A DNA stretch of 64,000 nucleotides from an uncultured Gammaproteobacteria bacterium (GTDB lineage Bacteria > Pseudomonadota > Gammaproteobacteria > Steroidobacterales > JABDLF01): assembly GCA_963759075.1 (NCBI GenBank), contig CAVWXZ010000023.1:18866-82865 (forward strand). Reading direction: 5' to 3'. Below the pieces are notes generated by a model. That model did no database searches, was not told the origin of the DNA, and worked only from the letters and a program-made list of their open reading frames with translations. Both the position numbers and the translations under genes were made by a program. This document shows positions 29,909 through 41,746 of this stretch, piece after piece. Each line of letters opens with the position of its first letter. The first letter of the stretch is position 1.

Positions 29909-32900
29909 TCAGAAGCTGTACTTCACGCCCAGGCGAATCGACCACAGCGACGGGCTGGAGACCCTTCTCTGACCGGCAGCCTCGAAATAATCCTCAAACA
30001 CGTAGGTGTTGGTGGCGGAATCGATTCGTGCATCGACGATGCCCTGCATGCGCGGGAAGCTCGCCTCGCGCAGGACGCCCCACTCGTCGTTGAGCAGGTT
30101 GCCAACGTTGTCGACCACCAGGAAGGCCTGTGCGCGATGGCCTTCCATGAGACCAGGAATGTCCTGCGAAATGCGCACGTCAAACTTGGTCCACCAGTCG
30201 CTGTCGAACTCGTTCCTTGGTGCGATGCTGCCGGCGTACTTCGACAGGCCCGACGCGTTCACGAAAGCAAAGAACGCGGTCTGGTCGAAGCCGGGATCAA
30301 ACATGACCTTGGGATCGCTCGGGCCGGTGGGCACGTACAGCAGATGACGGCCGTCGATCAGGTCACCGAACATGTCACCGTCGTCGTTAGCAAACATGTA
30401 GCTGAACGGACGACCCTTGTTGCGGCTGCCAAACATCGTGAAGCGGGTCTCATAGTCGCCGAAGAACTCCTTGCCGTATTTCAGGCGCAGCGTGAAACGA
30501 TGCGGGATCTGGTAGTTCGAGGTCGCCACGCCCGGGTTGTTGGGATCAGAAACCGCCGCATTCGCGTAGTTCGAGAATGCCACCGAGCTGGTCATCGGGC
30601 TGACTTCCCTCGCTTCCGTGTAAGCGTAGGCAAACGTCCAGTCCAGACCGAAGTCATAGCTCTTGCTCAGACCAAACGAAAGGGAAGTCTGATCGCCGTC
30701 GCTGCCGATCACGTTGCTCAGGATGAAGTCCTGGTTGAAGTTACGGCTCGAGCAGGCACCCGAAGTCGGATTCACACAGTCGGGGTCGCTCTTGTCGATG
30801 CTGCGATAGATCGGACGCCCGTCAGGCGCGGTGCCCACGACCACCTGGGTGGCATCGATGATAACCGCGGAGTTGCGTGACTTCGTGTACATGAAGTCGG
30901 CGTTCAACGTGTAGTCCGAACCCAGGCCCCAGGGCATATCGAAGTTATAGGTGCCGCCCAGTGCGAACTTCCAGTTCGAAGGAATATTGAAGTTCGGGTC
31001 CAGCGCATTCACCGAACTGTTCGCAGCCGCACCTGCGACGTAATCGATATACGCCTGTGGGATGTCATAGCCGGGTCGGCCGCTGCCTGACAGCGGCACG
31101 GCACTGCCGGGATCGATCGTCCCGTCGCCGTCAACGTCACAGTCCGGCCCGCCAAGGAAGCGGCAGCTGACATTCAGGTTGGACAGGCCAACATTGAACT
31201 CACGCGCCTGGATCTGGGTGACGCCGTCTACCTGGTAGTTGTTGGTCAGCCAGACGTTCGGGTTGCCGCCCGAATACAGGCCGACACCACCGCGCAGGGT
31301 CAGGCGATCTGTAGCATCCCAGGTAAGCCCGAGACGCGGCTGCAGCAGCCCTTCGCCGTCGAAGTTCGTGGCGTTGGTGTAGCCGTTGCGCGCTACGAAG
31401 TTGGAGTTCTCTGTGGGCAGAGCGCTGCTGGTGTACCAGTCATAGCGCAGCCCCATCACCATCCTGACTTCGTCGTCCGCAAAGGAATACTCGTCCTGCA
31501 GATACAGCCGTGTTAATCGAGTAGCTGAGTGCGCCAGCCGCATCCTGCGGGTTGTTGGTGCCCGCCGCGTTGCCGTAGTAGATATCATCCGGGCTCAGCG
31601 CCTCGAATGCATCGATACAGCCGTCGGGATTACCTGAATTACACATTTCATCAAACTGATACTGGCCGATGGAGTGCTGCAGGAACAGGTTGGAGATATC
31701 GAGTTTTTCACTCTCGAAACCGCCGGTCCAGATGTGGCTGCCGCTGGTGTAGGTGCGCGGCCAGCTTGAGCGACTTCGAAGTGTAGTCGAGCTTGTTGGA
31801 CTGCCGGGAGTCGTCGCCACCTACATAAACGATAGCGCGCGAGAACGATGCCGTCACCGTCTACGTCGGCATAGGTTTCGATCTGCATCTCGGGGAACAT
31901 AACGTCGTTGCGGGTCTTCTGGCTGTTATCCAGTTTCCCGTAGCTCGCCCGAACTTCTGTGGAGAAGTTGTCGCTCCAGTCGGAGAACAACATCGCCGAA
32001 TAAGCATCGAGCGTCGGCACCACGATTGTAGAAGTGGTTCGAGAACTCGTACTCGTCATCGTCGCCGTCCGAGCGCACCGTGTTGAAGCCATCGTTGTAG
32101 TTGTAGGTGAGGTTGGCACGGTGACTGTCGTTGATGTTCCAGTCGAGCTTGATCAGGTATTTTTCGTCTTCGACCGGGGCGCTCAGAAGCGGCGAGCCCG
32201 GGTCATACTCGTACATGCTGTTCGCGATCTGGGCGATACGGGCAACCTGGGCCGAGGTCACACCGGCCACCGGCCGTGCCGCAGGTCTCGTCGCCCGCGC
32301 AGAAATCGTAGGTGTCAGCCGTCTCGTCTTTCTGGTAAGCAGCGAAGAAAAACAGCTTATCCTTGATGATCGGCCCACCGACACTGAAGCCATAGCGCTT
32401 CTCGTCGAAGCTGCCGGTCGGGATGCTGTCGCCCTCCAGGCTGTCGCCGATCAGCGAGTCATCGGTGTAGTCGATGAACACGGAACCGAAGAACTCGTTT
32501 TCACCGGACTTGGTCACCGCATTGACGTTACAGGCCGTAAAGCCACCGTACTGCACGTCAAAAGGCGCCAGTTCCACCGACACCTGCTGAATGGCATCGT
32601 AGGGGAACGGCATGCGCTGCGTAGGATAGCCGCTGCGGTTCAGACCGAAGTTGTCGTTGAGCTTCACGCCATCGACGGTCAGGCTGTTGAAGCGCGAGCT
32701 CGCGCCGAGGCACTGGATGCCGTCTACGTCAGCCTCGTCGATGTAAATTCGCGGATCGATGCGGATGAGATCCTTGATGTCGCGGTTTACTGACGGTGCG
32801 TTTTCGAGGTCATCAATATTGAAACTGGATGACGGGCCGAGGGCGACCTCGGCGGTCTTAATGCGTGCCGCAGTAGTAATGACCTCTTCCGTGACATTAA

Positions 32901-33300
32901 GGCCGAGCGACACGGTGAACGTGTAGGTCTCGCCGAGGTTCAGGAAGATTTCGCTGACCGTGGCATCAGCATACTGCTGAGAATCGGCCTTGATGGTGTA
33001 TGGACCACCGACGCTCAGGCCGGTTGCGGTGAATATGCCGTTGGTATTGGTGACCGCCCTGCGCCGGTTGCCCGTGCGCGTATCGGTGATCAGCACCGGC
33101 ACGCCGGCCGCGGGTACACCACTGGGCTCAAGCACCGTGCCGCGCATTTCCGCGGTGGTTTCCTGTGCCATCGATAAAGGCGCTGCCAGCGCAAAGGCCA
33201 GCATCGCTGTCAGGCAAAACAGGCCGCGTTTCGCCCAGGCGAAACCAGCCGTCGATCCAGTGTCAAGCGCCGGATGGTTGGTAATCTGCGTCATCATCAT
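29909..33300 (-). pseudogene. Oar-like TonB-dependent receptor (carboxypeptidase-regulatory-like domain + plug + barrel), at least 4 frameshifts
   Basis: Fragments are 32203..33300 (signal peptide; GTVLEPSGVPAAGVPVLITDTRTGNRRRAVTNTNGIF; plug), 31926..32393, 31595..32119, 31440..31820 and 29909..31588 (barrel ending LGVKYSF). Confidence 0.8.
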
Positions 33301-33682
33301 TGATCCCCAAAAATTGATGTTTTGAACAGGAGAATGTGGTCGATTTTTGTGTGACCCAAGCGCGTAACTATAGGCGCGTTGGCGTTACTCTACAATTCCA
33401 TTGTGCATTTTTTGCGACACTTCGCCGACACGCAATTGTGGATTGCCGCAATGCAAGGCGAAGACGCCGCGCGGCGCGAGGTCGCGGCGCCGCCGCTGAT
33501 CGTTCGCGACCACAAGTCTCTAAAAGCAATTACATTAATATCAAGCATTTAAGGGTACATTCTCGTACTTGGCATTCAGAGTGCCACCCAACCGCCTGAC
33601 GTATGGCCCGGCGCATTTTGCGCGCATGTCCGGTGCCCTTTTCCGATCACTGTTGCATGCTCGCAACACCCATTTGCGCGAT

Positions 33683-34759
33683 TTAGCGCGGCGCGATGGC
33701 CAGCGTCAGCGGCCAGTGATCTGACACCCCCTCCGCGCCTGGCATGCGGAAGCGCCGCGGCGTGCCGTCGTCAGTGCGCTGCGCAGGTACAGCGTTCGCC
33801 AGCCGAACCGATCCGCGCACCAGGCCCCAGCCATTGCCCGCCTGAAAATTGCGCGAGAGCAGGATCATGTCCAGGAACGACCAGCTGTCATTTCTGCTGT
33901 AGTAATTGGTGCCCGGGCAGCGATCGCACTCCAGCTGATGCGCCACCAGCCACCAGGGCGCCGCGTACTGCTCGAGCATCCGCTGTTCAGCATCTTCCAG
34001 ACCCGGTGTATTGAAGTCTCCGGCGGCAAAAGCCAGCCGCCCCTCCGGTAACACCTCTTTACAGGCTACCCAGGAAGCGATAAGCGTCGACGCGCAGCTC
34101 GAACGGGTGATACGGGGCCGGGAAATGTACGGCGAAACCGGTGAGGATCTGTCCGTCGGGCAGCACGAAGTCTGCCTGCAGGATCCCGCGCGTATCCTGG
34201 CGACGGCGCTCCTCGATCACGCGGAACGGGATCTCGTGCAACACGGGTTTGCCGGCCAGCGGCAGGCGGCTCAGAAATGCAACGTCGATGCCGCGCAGGT
34301 CGTTGCCCTCGATCAGGATGGCGGGTTGGTAGCCGAGATCCGCCAGGTACTCGGTGCGCTAAGCCGCTCCAGGATGCGAACGTTTTCCACTTCCTGGAAC
34401 GCGATGATGTCGGCGCCCCGCCCGTTGCTCACCTGTCGAATGACGCGCGCCAGCCGGCCAAGCTTGGTGGTGACTACTTCCTCGTTCCAGTCCCAGTACA
34501 GGCACTGCTCGCGCCAGTAGTCGTTGTCGATTTCCGCGCAGCCGGCCTTGTGGGCAGCGCTCTGCTTGCTGGCCAGCGGCAGGTAGGTTGCATCGTTCTT
34601 GCCCGGGTCGTCGATAGTGTCGAACAGATTCTCGACGTTGAAGGTCATGAGGGTGATATGGCCCGCTGCAATGGGCTCGCCGACCGGTGTGGGCGCGCAG
34701 CCAAAAAGCAGCAAGGAAATGCCTGCCAGTATGATTTTGTGCACGATGGGCTCCCGCAA
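33683..34759 (-). pseudogene. endonuclease/exonuclease/phosphatase (EEP) family lipoprotein, frameshifted
   Basis: Lipobox LLFGC is present. ITLMTFNVENLF and ADIIAFQEVEN are in 34313..34759. The middle is in 34059..34244. GDFN and SDHWPL are in 33683..34054. Confidence 0.75.
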
Positions 34760-34789
34760 GTTCGAATGAGGGCGCCTAGTCTGCCACCT

Positions 34790-35801
34790 TCAGGCGGGAA
34801 AGCGGAAACTGCAGGCGAGCTGCGGCCGGCTATTGCGATCGCGCACCTGCAGGCTCACCAGCGGCTCGGGGCGCGCGGCCCAGTCCACCGTCAGCAGGCC
34901 GAAATTCAGGCCCTTGTAGGCACGCCCGAGGCGTGCGCTATTGGGCTCATCCGGCATCGTCTCCCAGTAATGGGTCAGGCCGCTCGCGGTCACCTCGTAC
35001 AGAGGATAGAAACCCGGCTCCTTGTGCACCGTGAATTCGGCGAAGTGGCGGTCGCCGCTCAACAGGATCACGCCATTTTTGTGCGCGTCGACGATCAGCT
35101 TGAGCAATCGCTCGCGCGCCCGCGGATACGCTGCCCAGCGTTCCCATGTCGTGGTCCTCGGGCAAAACCTGGGTGCCGGAGACAATCAGGTTGAGCTGCG
35201 CGGCGCTGTTCGCGAGTTCCTGTTGCAGCCAGGCCCATTGCGCCTCGCCGAGCAGGTCCGCGTCCGGCCCCGGCCGGTCCCGGTGGTAGCGCACATCCAG
35301 CAGGATCACCTTGATCTGCCGCGGCGACTTCGCCCAGCAGATAGCTTGAATACACGCCCTCACGCAGCCGGCGTGGGTCAGCGCCGGCAACGCCAAGAAA
35401 ATCGAGCAGCAGCTGCTGACTCTGCGCCTTCATGGGGTACTCGCTGCCCGCATCGTTGGCGCCGTAGTCGTGATCGTCCCAGGTGCCGATCACCGGCGTT
35501 TTCGCAATCAGCGCGCGGTAGCCGGGATTTGCGCAGCTGAGCGTGCGTATTTTCCTGCCAGCACCGCCATGTCCCGGGTGTCGCCGTAAACGATATCGCC
35601 GGTCCATATCCACAGATCCGGCCGTGTCTCGATAATCGGCGTCCACAGTGGCTGGGGCAGATCGCTGCGATTGCAGGACCCGAATGCCACGCGGGTCACG
35701 TCCCCGGAACCGGGCAGGGTCTGGCAGGCAGACGCCGCAAGCAAGAAAGCGAGCGTAACTGTGGACGCCAGAAAACGGATCACAGAAAACTTCATGAACA
35801 T
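34790..35801 (-). pseudogene. PhoD-like metallophosphatase (alkaline phosphatase D family), at least 3 frameshifts
   Basis: Lipobox AASAC is present. GSCNR...IWTGDIVYGD (35508..35801), IGTWDDHDYGANDAG (35095..35646), IKVILLDVRYHRD (34947..35396) and VILLSGDRHFAEF (34790..35185) lie in separate frames. Confidence 0.75.
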
Positions 35802-35811
35802 TCAGGGCTCG

Positions 35812-36835
35812 CTATGGGATCGGAATGGGCTCGTCTTTGCGCAGGCGCATGAACGGCGCCGGCGTGCCTTCGCTGGTAATAAACAGGCTGCGCCCGTCGG
35901 GCGTGAAAGCGAGTGATTCGGCCTGCACCATGAAAGGCGTGGCGATCAGCTCGGGATCGCGGGTAAACGCGCTCATCCAGTCTTCGTCGGGGTTGCGCTT
36001 GAATAGCCAGGTTGCGCTGTAGGTCAGCACCGCCGCACTGCGGCCGTCCGAGGAAATATCCAGCGCGGTATTCTGAAACGAATATTTCCCGTAGCGATTA
36101 TTGGGCAGCTTTTCCTTGTCAAGCGGCAGCGGCAGCCCGGTGACGTAGCCGAGACGCTTCGCGACCAGCCGCTGGCTCGCGTACTCCGGACCAAGCGGGA
36201 GCTCGTACAGCACCGGCGGCTCCGTGCGCTTGCTGATGAGCAACACCTTGCCGGTGTCAGGGTCCACGGCCACCGATTCACAATCCCGCGGCCCGTCCGG
36301 GTAGACAAATTCCTGCAACCAGCGCACCGGCACGCGCGCGTTCATGGGCGGCCTGGGGCCGTCAAACTCCGGCTCCTCGACGATATACAGGGTGACCGAG
36401 GGTCGCTGGCCGGGGTTGTCGCCGACGTCGGCGATCAGAATATGCGGCCGGCCCTCGTAGTCAAAGGTAGCCAGCTCCTCCCAGTCGAAGTTGGCAGCGC
36501 CGGTTACCTCTGACGCGCCCCAGGTAGGTGCCGCGCTCGTTGAGCATGTACAGGGCCGCTTCGCCACCGCTGTCATTCACGGTCCAGAGCCGCTCGTCGC
36601 GTCTGCGCGAAACGGCCAGGCCGCTGTCCTCTGACAGCAGCGGATCCACGATGCGGCCGTAATCGTCGTCGAGGATAAAGGGCGCACAGTCCAGCACTGA
36701 GCGGCTGCAGACCGCTTCGCGATCAAACGTTGGCGAGCCCACGCAGGAGGCGATGAGCAGGACCAGGCCGGCGGCAGCCAACGCCCGCGCGTACCACAGG
36801 CTCCCGAAAAGGAAGCGAGCGCCCGCTCTAACCAA
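35812..36835 (-). pseudogene. secreted beta-propeller-like protein (phytase-like/SdiA-regulated family candidate), one frameshift
   Basis: Fragments 36461..36835 (signal peptide; LWTVNDSGGEAALYMLNERGTYLG) and 35812..36576 (FDWEELATFDYEGRPHILIADVGDN...). Family assignment is tentative. Confidence 0.45.
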
Positions 36836-37112
36836 GGAATTTGCCCGGCGTCGCGAACGCCATTATGGAAAAAACTGTCGCCATTTCACACATCCCTGCC
36901 GAGTCTCCGTCGCGTAGCAGAATCCGTACCGGCCTCTTGTTTTTTGTTACCGGGGCACGGACCGCCATGCCGTGCGGAAGCCGACTTTACCAGCAAATCG
37001 GCCCGCTTCATGAAGCACGCGCTTCACGTTTTCGGCTGAAACTGGCGGTCGACGCTGCTAACCTTCCAGAGGCACAACAAACCTGTACGGGCGCGGGACA
37101 AGAACAAGAACT

Positions 37113-37566
37113 ATGACCAAGCATATTGCAATGCTGAAAATCGCGATCGAGGAAGCGCACGCCGGGCTGGCGGAAGGCGGCATCCCCATCGGCGCAGCGC
37201 TGTTCGACCAGCAGGGAAAGTTGCTGGGCCGCGGCCATAACATGGCGGGTGCAGAACGACGACCCGTCGGCGCACGCCGAAACCGAGGCCTTTCGCGACG
37301 CCGGCCGGCAGACGGATTACAGCCAGACGGTGATGGTCACCACCCTGGCGCCCTGCTGGTACTGCAGCGGGCTGGTCAGGCAGTTTCGCATTCCCCGGGT
37401 CATCGTCGGTGAGTCGAAGAACTTCAGCGGCGGCATTGAGTGGCTGACGGAGGCGGGCGTCAGCATCAAAGACCTCGCTGACAACGATTGCGTTAACATG
37501 CTGGCCGAGTTCATTCGCGACAACCCGGAGCTCTGGAACGAAGACATCGGCCACAACAAATCATGA
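37113..37566 (+). pseudogene. CMP/dCMP-type zinc deaminase, yeast FCY1-like cytosine deaminase, one frameshift
   Basis: The N-terminus is in 37113..37412. HAE...PCxxC (SAHAETEAF...LAPCWYCSGL) is in 37249..37566. The junction lies near 37250. Confidence 0.75.
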
Positions 37567-37597
37567 ACAACGCGAGCAGATCTTAAAAATACGACGC

Positions 37598-38210
37598 GTG
37601 ATCCGGCATGCCCTGGCTGCGCACTCACTGGCGGTGTTGCGCAAGGCCGATACGCCCACCGGCATCTTTCGCTGGCACTCGGACCAGATCGCCGGCCTGC
37701 TGATCGCGGAAGCGACCCGCGATCTCGCCACGGTCGAGTTCGAGTTGCAGACGCCGCTGGCCACGACCCGCGGCCAGCGGCTTGCGCGACCGCTGGTGGC
37801 CGTGCCCGTGCTGCGTTCGGGGATTGCGCTGGTGGGCGCCATTCAGCGCATGCTGCCCGACACGGTGGTCGGCTTTATCGGCATGGAACGCGACGAGGAA
37901 ACGGCCAAGGCACGCCTCTACTACCAGAAGATGCCCGACGGACCTGTCGAGCTCACCGGTGCTGGTGCTCGACCCGATGCTGGCGACCGGCGGCTCCATG
38001 TCCGACACCCTGCAGCAGGTGCGCAAGCTGGGCGCCACCGACATCACCGCGATCTGCGTTGTCGCCGCACCGGAGGGCATTCGCCGCATCAACGAAGAAC
38101 ACCCCGAGGTCAGAATATTTACGGCCGCAATCGACAGTCACCTGGACGAAAACTGGTATATCGTTCCGGGGCTCGGCGATTACGGCGATCGGTATTTCAA
38201 TACGCTCTAG
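37598..38210 (+). pseudogene. upp: uracil phosphoribosyltransferase, frameshifted
   Basis: The N-terminus is in 37598.. (LAVLRKADTPTGIFR...VAVPVLRSG). The PRPP loop [13 protein letters not shown] and the C-terminus [16 protein letters not shown] are in 37782..38210. The start is unclear (ATG 37563 is in another frame). Confidence 0.8.
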
Positions 38211-38230
38211 ATTCGCAAGGCGGCCATCCG

Positions 38231-38902
38231 ATGAGCAAGGACAGATTTACGGTCTATTTCGCCGGCGATCTGTTCGACCACAAGCACCTGGCCGGCAATG
38301 CCCTGCTGGCCTCCAACATCGAACGCGTGTCCGAGACTCGCTACCACTGCATCCTGCCGCAGGATCTCGAGCAGACGTATGAGCGGGCGGTCAACGTACG
38401 CAACATGGATCTGCGCCAGGTCATGGAATGTGACATGGCCCTGTTCAACTTCGACGGCGCGGATCTCGACGCCGGCACCGTGGTCGAGTTCATGCTGGCC
38501 AAATTTCTCGACATCCCCTCGGTCATCCTGCGCACCGATTTCCGCAGCGGCGGTGACCAGTGTCCCGACGGCGATGACTGGAATCTGATGTGCTCTTTTT
38601 ATCCGCGCACAAAGATCGTGCGTATCAACGGCATGGAGTGGTACCAGAAGTCCCGGCCGGGACATCCCAGCGTCGAGCACGGCCTGGCCGCGATGTATAA
38701 CAAGGTCGCAACGCTTGTGGTCGACGCGCTGGACGCGGTGCGCACCGAGCCGCCGCTGCTGGAACACAATCCCAATCGCGTCGAGACCATGTATCGCTGG
38801 GCACTGCGCTTCCCGGGCGGCGAGTTCTACGAGTTCGCTGGCGGGGATGAGTTCATCGGCAAGCTCTTGCCTCGCAAGCGCGAGAAAGGCCTGATTCCCT
38901 GA
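38231..38902 (+). CDS. nucleoside 2-deoxyribosyltransferase-family (NDT-like) protein
   Basis: Internal ATG of the 434-aa read-through ORF 37598..38902. FTVYFAGDLFDHKHLAGN...DAGTVVEFMLAKFLDIP fits the NDT/Rcl-type Rossmann core. 223 aa, intact. Confidence 0.6.
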   Translation: MSKDRFTVYFAGDLFDHKHLAGNALLASNIERVSETRYHCILPQDLEQTYERAVNVRNMDLRQVMECDMALFNFDGADLDAGTVVEFMLAKFLDIPSVILRTDFRSGGDQCPDGDDWNLMCSFYPRTKIVRINGMEWYQKSRPGHPSVEHGLAAMYNKVATLVVDALDAVRTEPPLLEHNPNRVETMYRWALRFPGGEFYEFAGGDEFIGKLLPRKREKGLIP

Positions 38903-38930
38903 TCGCGCACCAGGAGCGGAGGCAGACAGC

Positions 38931-39912
38931 ATGACAGACGTTTGCGTGGTGGGCAGTTACGTCCAGGACCTGGCCTTCAATACGCGCGCCTTTCCCGCGC
39001 CCGGCGAAACACGCATCGGCACCTTCAAGACCGGTCCCGGTGGCAAGGGCTTCAACCAGGCCGTCGCCTGCAACCGCCAGGGCGTCAGCACAGTCTTTAT
39101 CGGTGCCGTGGGCGACGACCTGTTCGGGCGCGGGGTACGGGACTTTATCGCAGGCGAAAACCTGAGCGCCCACCTGCAGGTGTTCGAAGAGCACGCCAGC
39201 GGCGCTGCGTCTATCGTCGTCAATGACAAGGCCGAGAACCTGATCGTGGTCGCACTGGGCGCTAACGATTATCTGACGCCAGGGTATGTGGCACAGCACG
39301 CCGAGCTGGTCAGAGACGCGAAGGTCGTGGTCTGCCAGGTGGAGAACAATATTCAGGCCACCGACGAAGGCCCTCGCGCTGGCCGGCGAAACCGACGCTA
39401 TTGCGCTGCTCAACCCCGCGCCCATCAATGAGAAGCTGAGCAAAGAACTGGTACTGATGGCGGATATCCTGGTGCCCAACGAAACCGAGTTCGCTTTTCT
39501 GATGCAGCATCTGTTCGACGTGGAGTTGCCAGACGAATACTGGACTGCAGCTGACACCGCCCTGCACGCATTTTGCTGCCGGGCGAACGTAGGGGTCGTG
39601 ATACTGACGCTGGGCGAAAAAGGCTGCTTCGTTTCCTGCAACCCGAACGCGCCCCGTGCGAGACGCGAACGGCTGCCCGACAAGCTCTATTTCCGGGTGC
39701 CGGCCGCAGCGGTTTCGCCCATAGACACCACCGGTGCCGGCGACGCCTTCAGCGGCGGGCTGGCCGCGGGCCTGGTGCGCTTCGATTGCGACCTTCGCCG
39801 CGCGGTGGAATACGCAAACGTGATAGCAGGTCTTGCCACCGAGAAGCCGGGAACGGCGCCGGCCATGCCGGACCGCGCGGCCGTGGATGCGTTCATTTCA
39901 GCAGGCGCCTGA
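38931..39912 (+). pseudogene. ribokinase/PfkB-family sugar kinase, one frameshift
   Basis: GPGGKGFNQAVA is in 38931..39431. NETE and the DTTGAGDAFSGGLA ATP-binding signature are in 39286..39912. Confidence 0.8.
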
Positions 39913-39990
39913 GCTGACCGGCCCAGGCAGCCCTTTTTGCCCACTCGCATTCCGATGCATGTCAGTACCGTTTTCATGTATACGGTGAAT

Positions 39991-40025
39991 GCCCGCCGCG
40001 ATCTGAATTGAAATCAGCGGCGGGC
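39991..40025. terminator. candidate stem-loop between convergent genes
   Basis: GCCCGCCGC-17 nt-GCGGCGGGC perfect 9-bp stem. No adjacent U-tract, so terminator function is uncertain. Confidence 0.35.
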
Positions 40026-40057
40026 GCCTGGAAGATTGCGTCGGAGGAGTCTGGCTG

Positions 40058-41119
40058 CTACGGCAGGGTTTCCACCTTGATCAGCCTGAGGACGATCTCG
40101 CCGCCCGGAAGCTGCTCGGCGACAAAGCCTGTGTTGGGCTTGAAATATTTGAACTCGGTTCCATCCGGCTCATTGGCGATGAAGTCTTCGGTCATCAGAC
40201 ACTCTTCACCACCGAAACCGCAGTTGAACTCCGGATGACCCTCTATTTCAATCTCTGCATTACGTGACAAGACTTCCGCAGCGTCCTCGGCATCGCCCAG
40301 CGCGAACTCCTGACGGTATACATCACCCACCTGAGGATTACCCTTCATGATGATGCCGGCCTGTGCGCCCTCTACGCCCGCGATGAAAGAACCATCGAGG
40401 TTTTCCAGGTAGCCATCTTCGAAGTTTTGCGAGACCTCGCCGAAATACCAGACATCGCAGTTGCTGGCTACCGCATAGTAATCGTCCGTGTCCTCAATGC
40501 GCTCCCCGGGTTCCCACGCGTCGGGACCATTCCCGAGAGAATCCTCATCGACTTCGTACACCGTGTCACGCACAACGATAGTCTCGACGCCCTGGATCTC
40601 ACGAGTCTCGTCGGTGACCTCTACAACGATGATCTCCTCTTCACCTGCCGTCTCGTTTACGAAGGTCGTCACGGTCCCGACCACCAGCGGATAGAACTGG
40701 TTGCCATCCGGACACGCAAATGCATCGTCATCCGGATCGAAATAAGCAGGATCAACCTCTGTAATGTACGGTCCCGCATCCGGGAGTCGTTCGCAGAGGC
40801 TGTCGCGACTTTCTGCCTGCTCTCCGCATTCTTCGCGCGCATCCCTCAGTTCCTGCCTTGCCTCACGTCGGCAGCTGCGCCCCTCGTCGCTGTTCAGGCA
40901 CTTTGCTGACTGTTGGTAGAAGTCGTCCACGACATCGGCTCTACACGCTCGAAACATTTTCTGGGTCGTCCTGAAACACGCCTCGGGCCTGTCGTTACTT
41001 CGGTCGTCGTCACTGCCATCGTCATCCCGGTCAGCCAACGCGGCTGTGCCCCACAACAAACCGAATGTCATAATCACCGTCCCGGCGATTGCTCGAGATA
41101 TACTGCAATTCATTGTCAT
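40058..41119 (-). CDS. secreted acidic Cys-containing hypothetical protein
   Basis: Intact 353-aa ORF with a signal peptide (AGTVIMTFGLLWGTAALA), an Asp-rich N-terminus and multiple paired Cys. No family recognised. Confidence 0.6.
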   Translation of the reverse strand: MTMNCSISRAIAGTVIMTFGLLWGTAALADRDDDGSDDDRSNDRPEACFRTTQKMFRACRADVVDDFYQQSAKCLNSDEGRSCRREARQELRDAREECGEQAESRDSLCERLPDAGPYITEVDPAYFDPDDDAFACPDGNQFYPLVVGTVTTFVNETAGEEEIIVVEVTDETREIQGVETIVVRDTVYEVDEDSLGNGPDAWEPGERIEDTDDYYAVASNCDVWYFGEVSQNFEDGYLENLDGSFIAGVEGAQAGIIMKGNPQVGDVYRQEFALGDAEDAAEVLSRNAEIEIEGHPEFNCGFGGEECLMTEDFIANEPDGTEFKYFKPNTGFVAEQLPGGEIVLRLIKVETLP

Positions 41120-41295
41120 TTCCTCCCATTACGCAAGTTGGCAAGCGCCGGATGGTGCGCGTACGTGCGGCGCCTGCTATGTGTGACGAGCGTCGCGGGC
41201 AAAACTGGTCGTCCGCACAAATGCAGCAAGAGGACAGCGAGCAGCGTCAACGAGGATGTTGCGGTAGGATGAACGGCAGGTGTCGGGGGAATAAC

Positions 41296-41691
41296 ATGCC
41301 TGATGACGGGCAACACAAAACAAAGCACGCTTCCACAGCTGACCTTGGCAGGATCTCTCGCGCTTTCGGTTTTACACTGAAAGGCCTGCGCTTTGCCTGG
41401 CTTAACGAGGCCGCCTTCCGCCAGGAAGTGATCCTCGTGATTCTGCTTGCGCCCGCGGCCTTTTACCTTGGCACAACGGCCATCGAGCGCATCCTGCTGA
41501 TTGCAGTATTACTGCTGGTGCTGATCACAGAGCTCCTGAACTCGGCAATCGAGGCCATCGTCGATCGCTTCGGAGAGGAGCGCCACACGCTATCGGGGGC
41601 GGCCAAGGATATGGGCTCCGCCGCGGTGTTTTTCAGCCTGGTGCTGGCGGGCGTCACCTGGTTCGGCTTCGCCCTGGCGAGGTTCTCGTAG
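41296..41691 (+). CDS. dgkA: diacylglycerol kinase
   Basis: Internal ATG of ORF 41089..41691. ITELLNSAIEAIVDRFGEERHTLSGAAKDMGSAAV matches the DgkA core. Three TM segments. Confidence 0.85.
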   Translation: MPDDGQHKTKHASTADLGRISRAFGFTLKGLRFAWLNEAAFRQEVILVILLAPAAFYLGTTAIERILLIAVLLLVLITELLNSAIEAIVDRFGEERHTLSGAAKDMGSAAVFFSLVLAGVTWFGFALARFS

Positions 41692-41746
41692 TTCGTTGCG
41701 TCGGGCCCCGGATGCCTTGTGCCGGCCTGCAGGCTGACCCCTCTGA

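Noticed and set aside
37598-38902. 434-aa ORF as a single Upp-NDT fusion protein
   Set aside because: Its middle third is out-of-frame translation of the upp 3' half, whose correct frame is 37782..38210 with the PRPP loop. The NDT-like part has its own ATG at 38231. The apparent fusion is a frameshift read-through.
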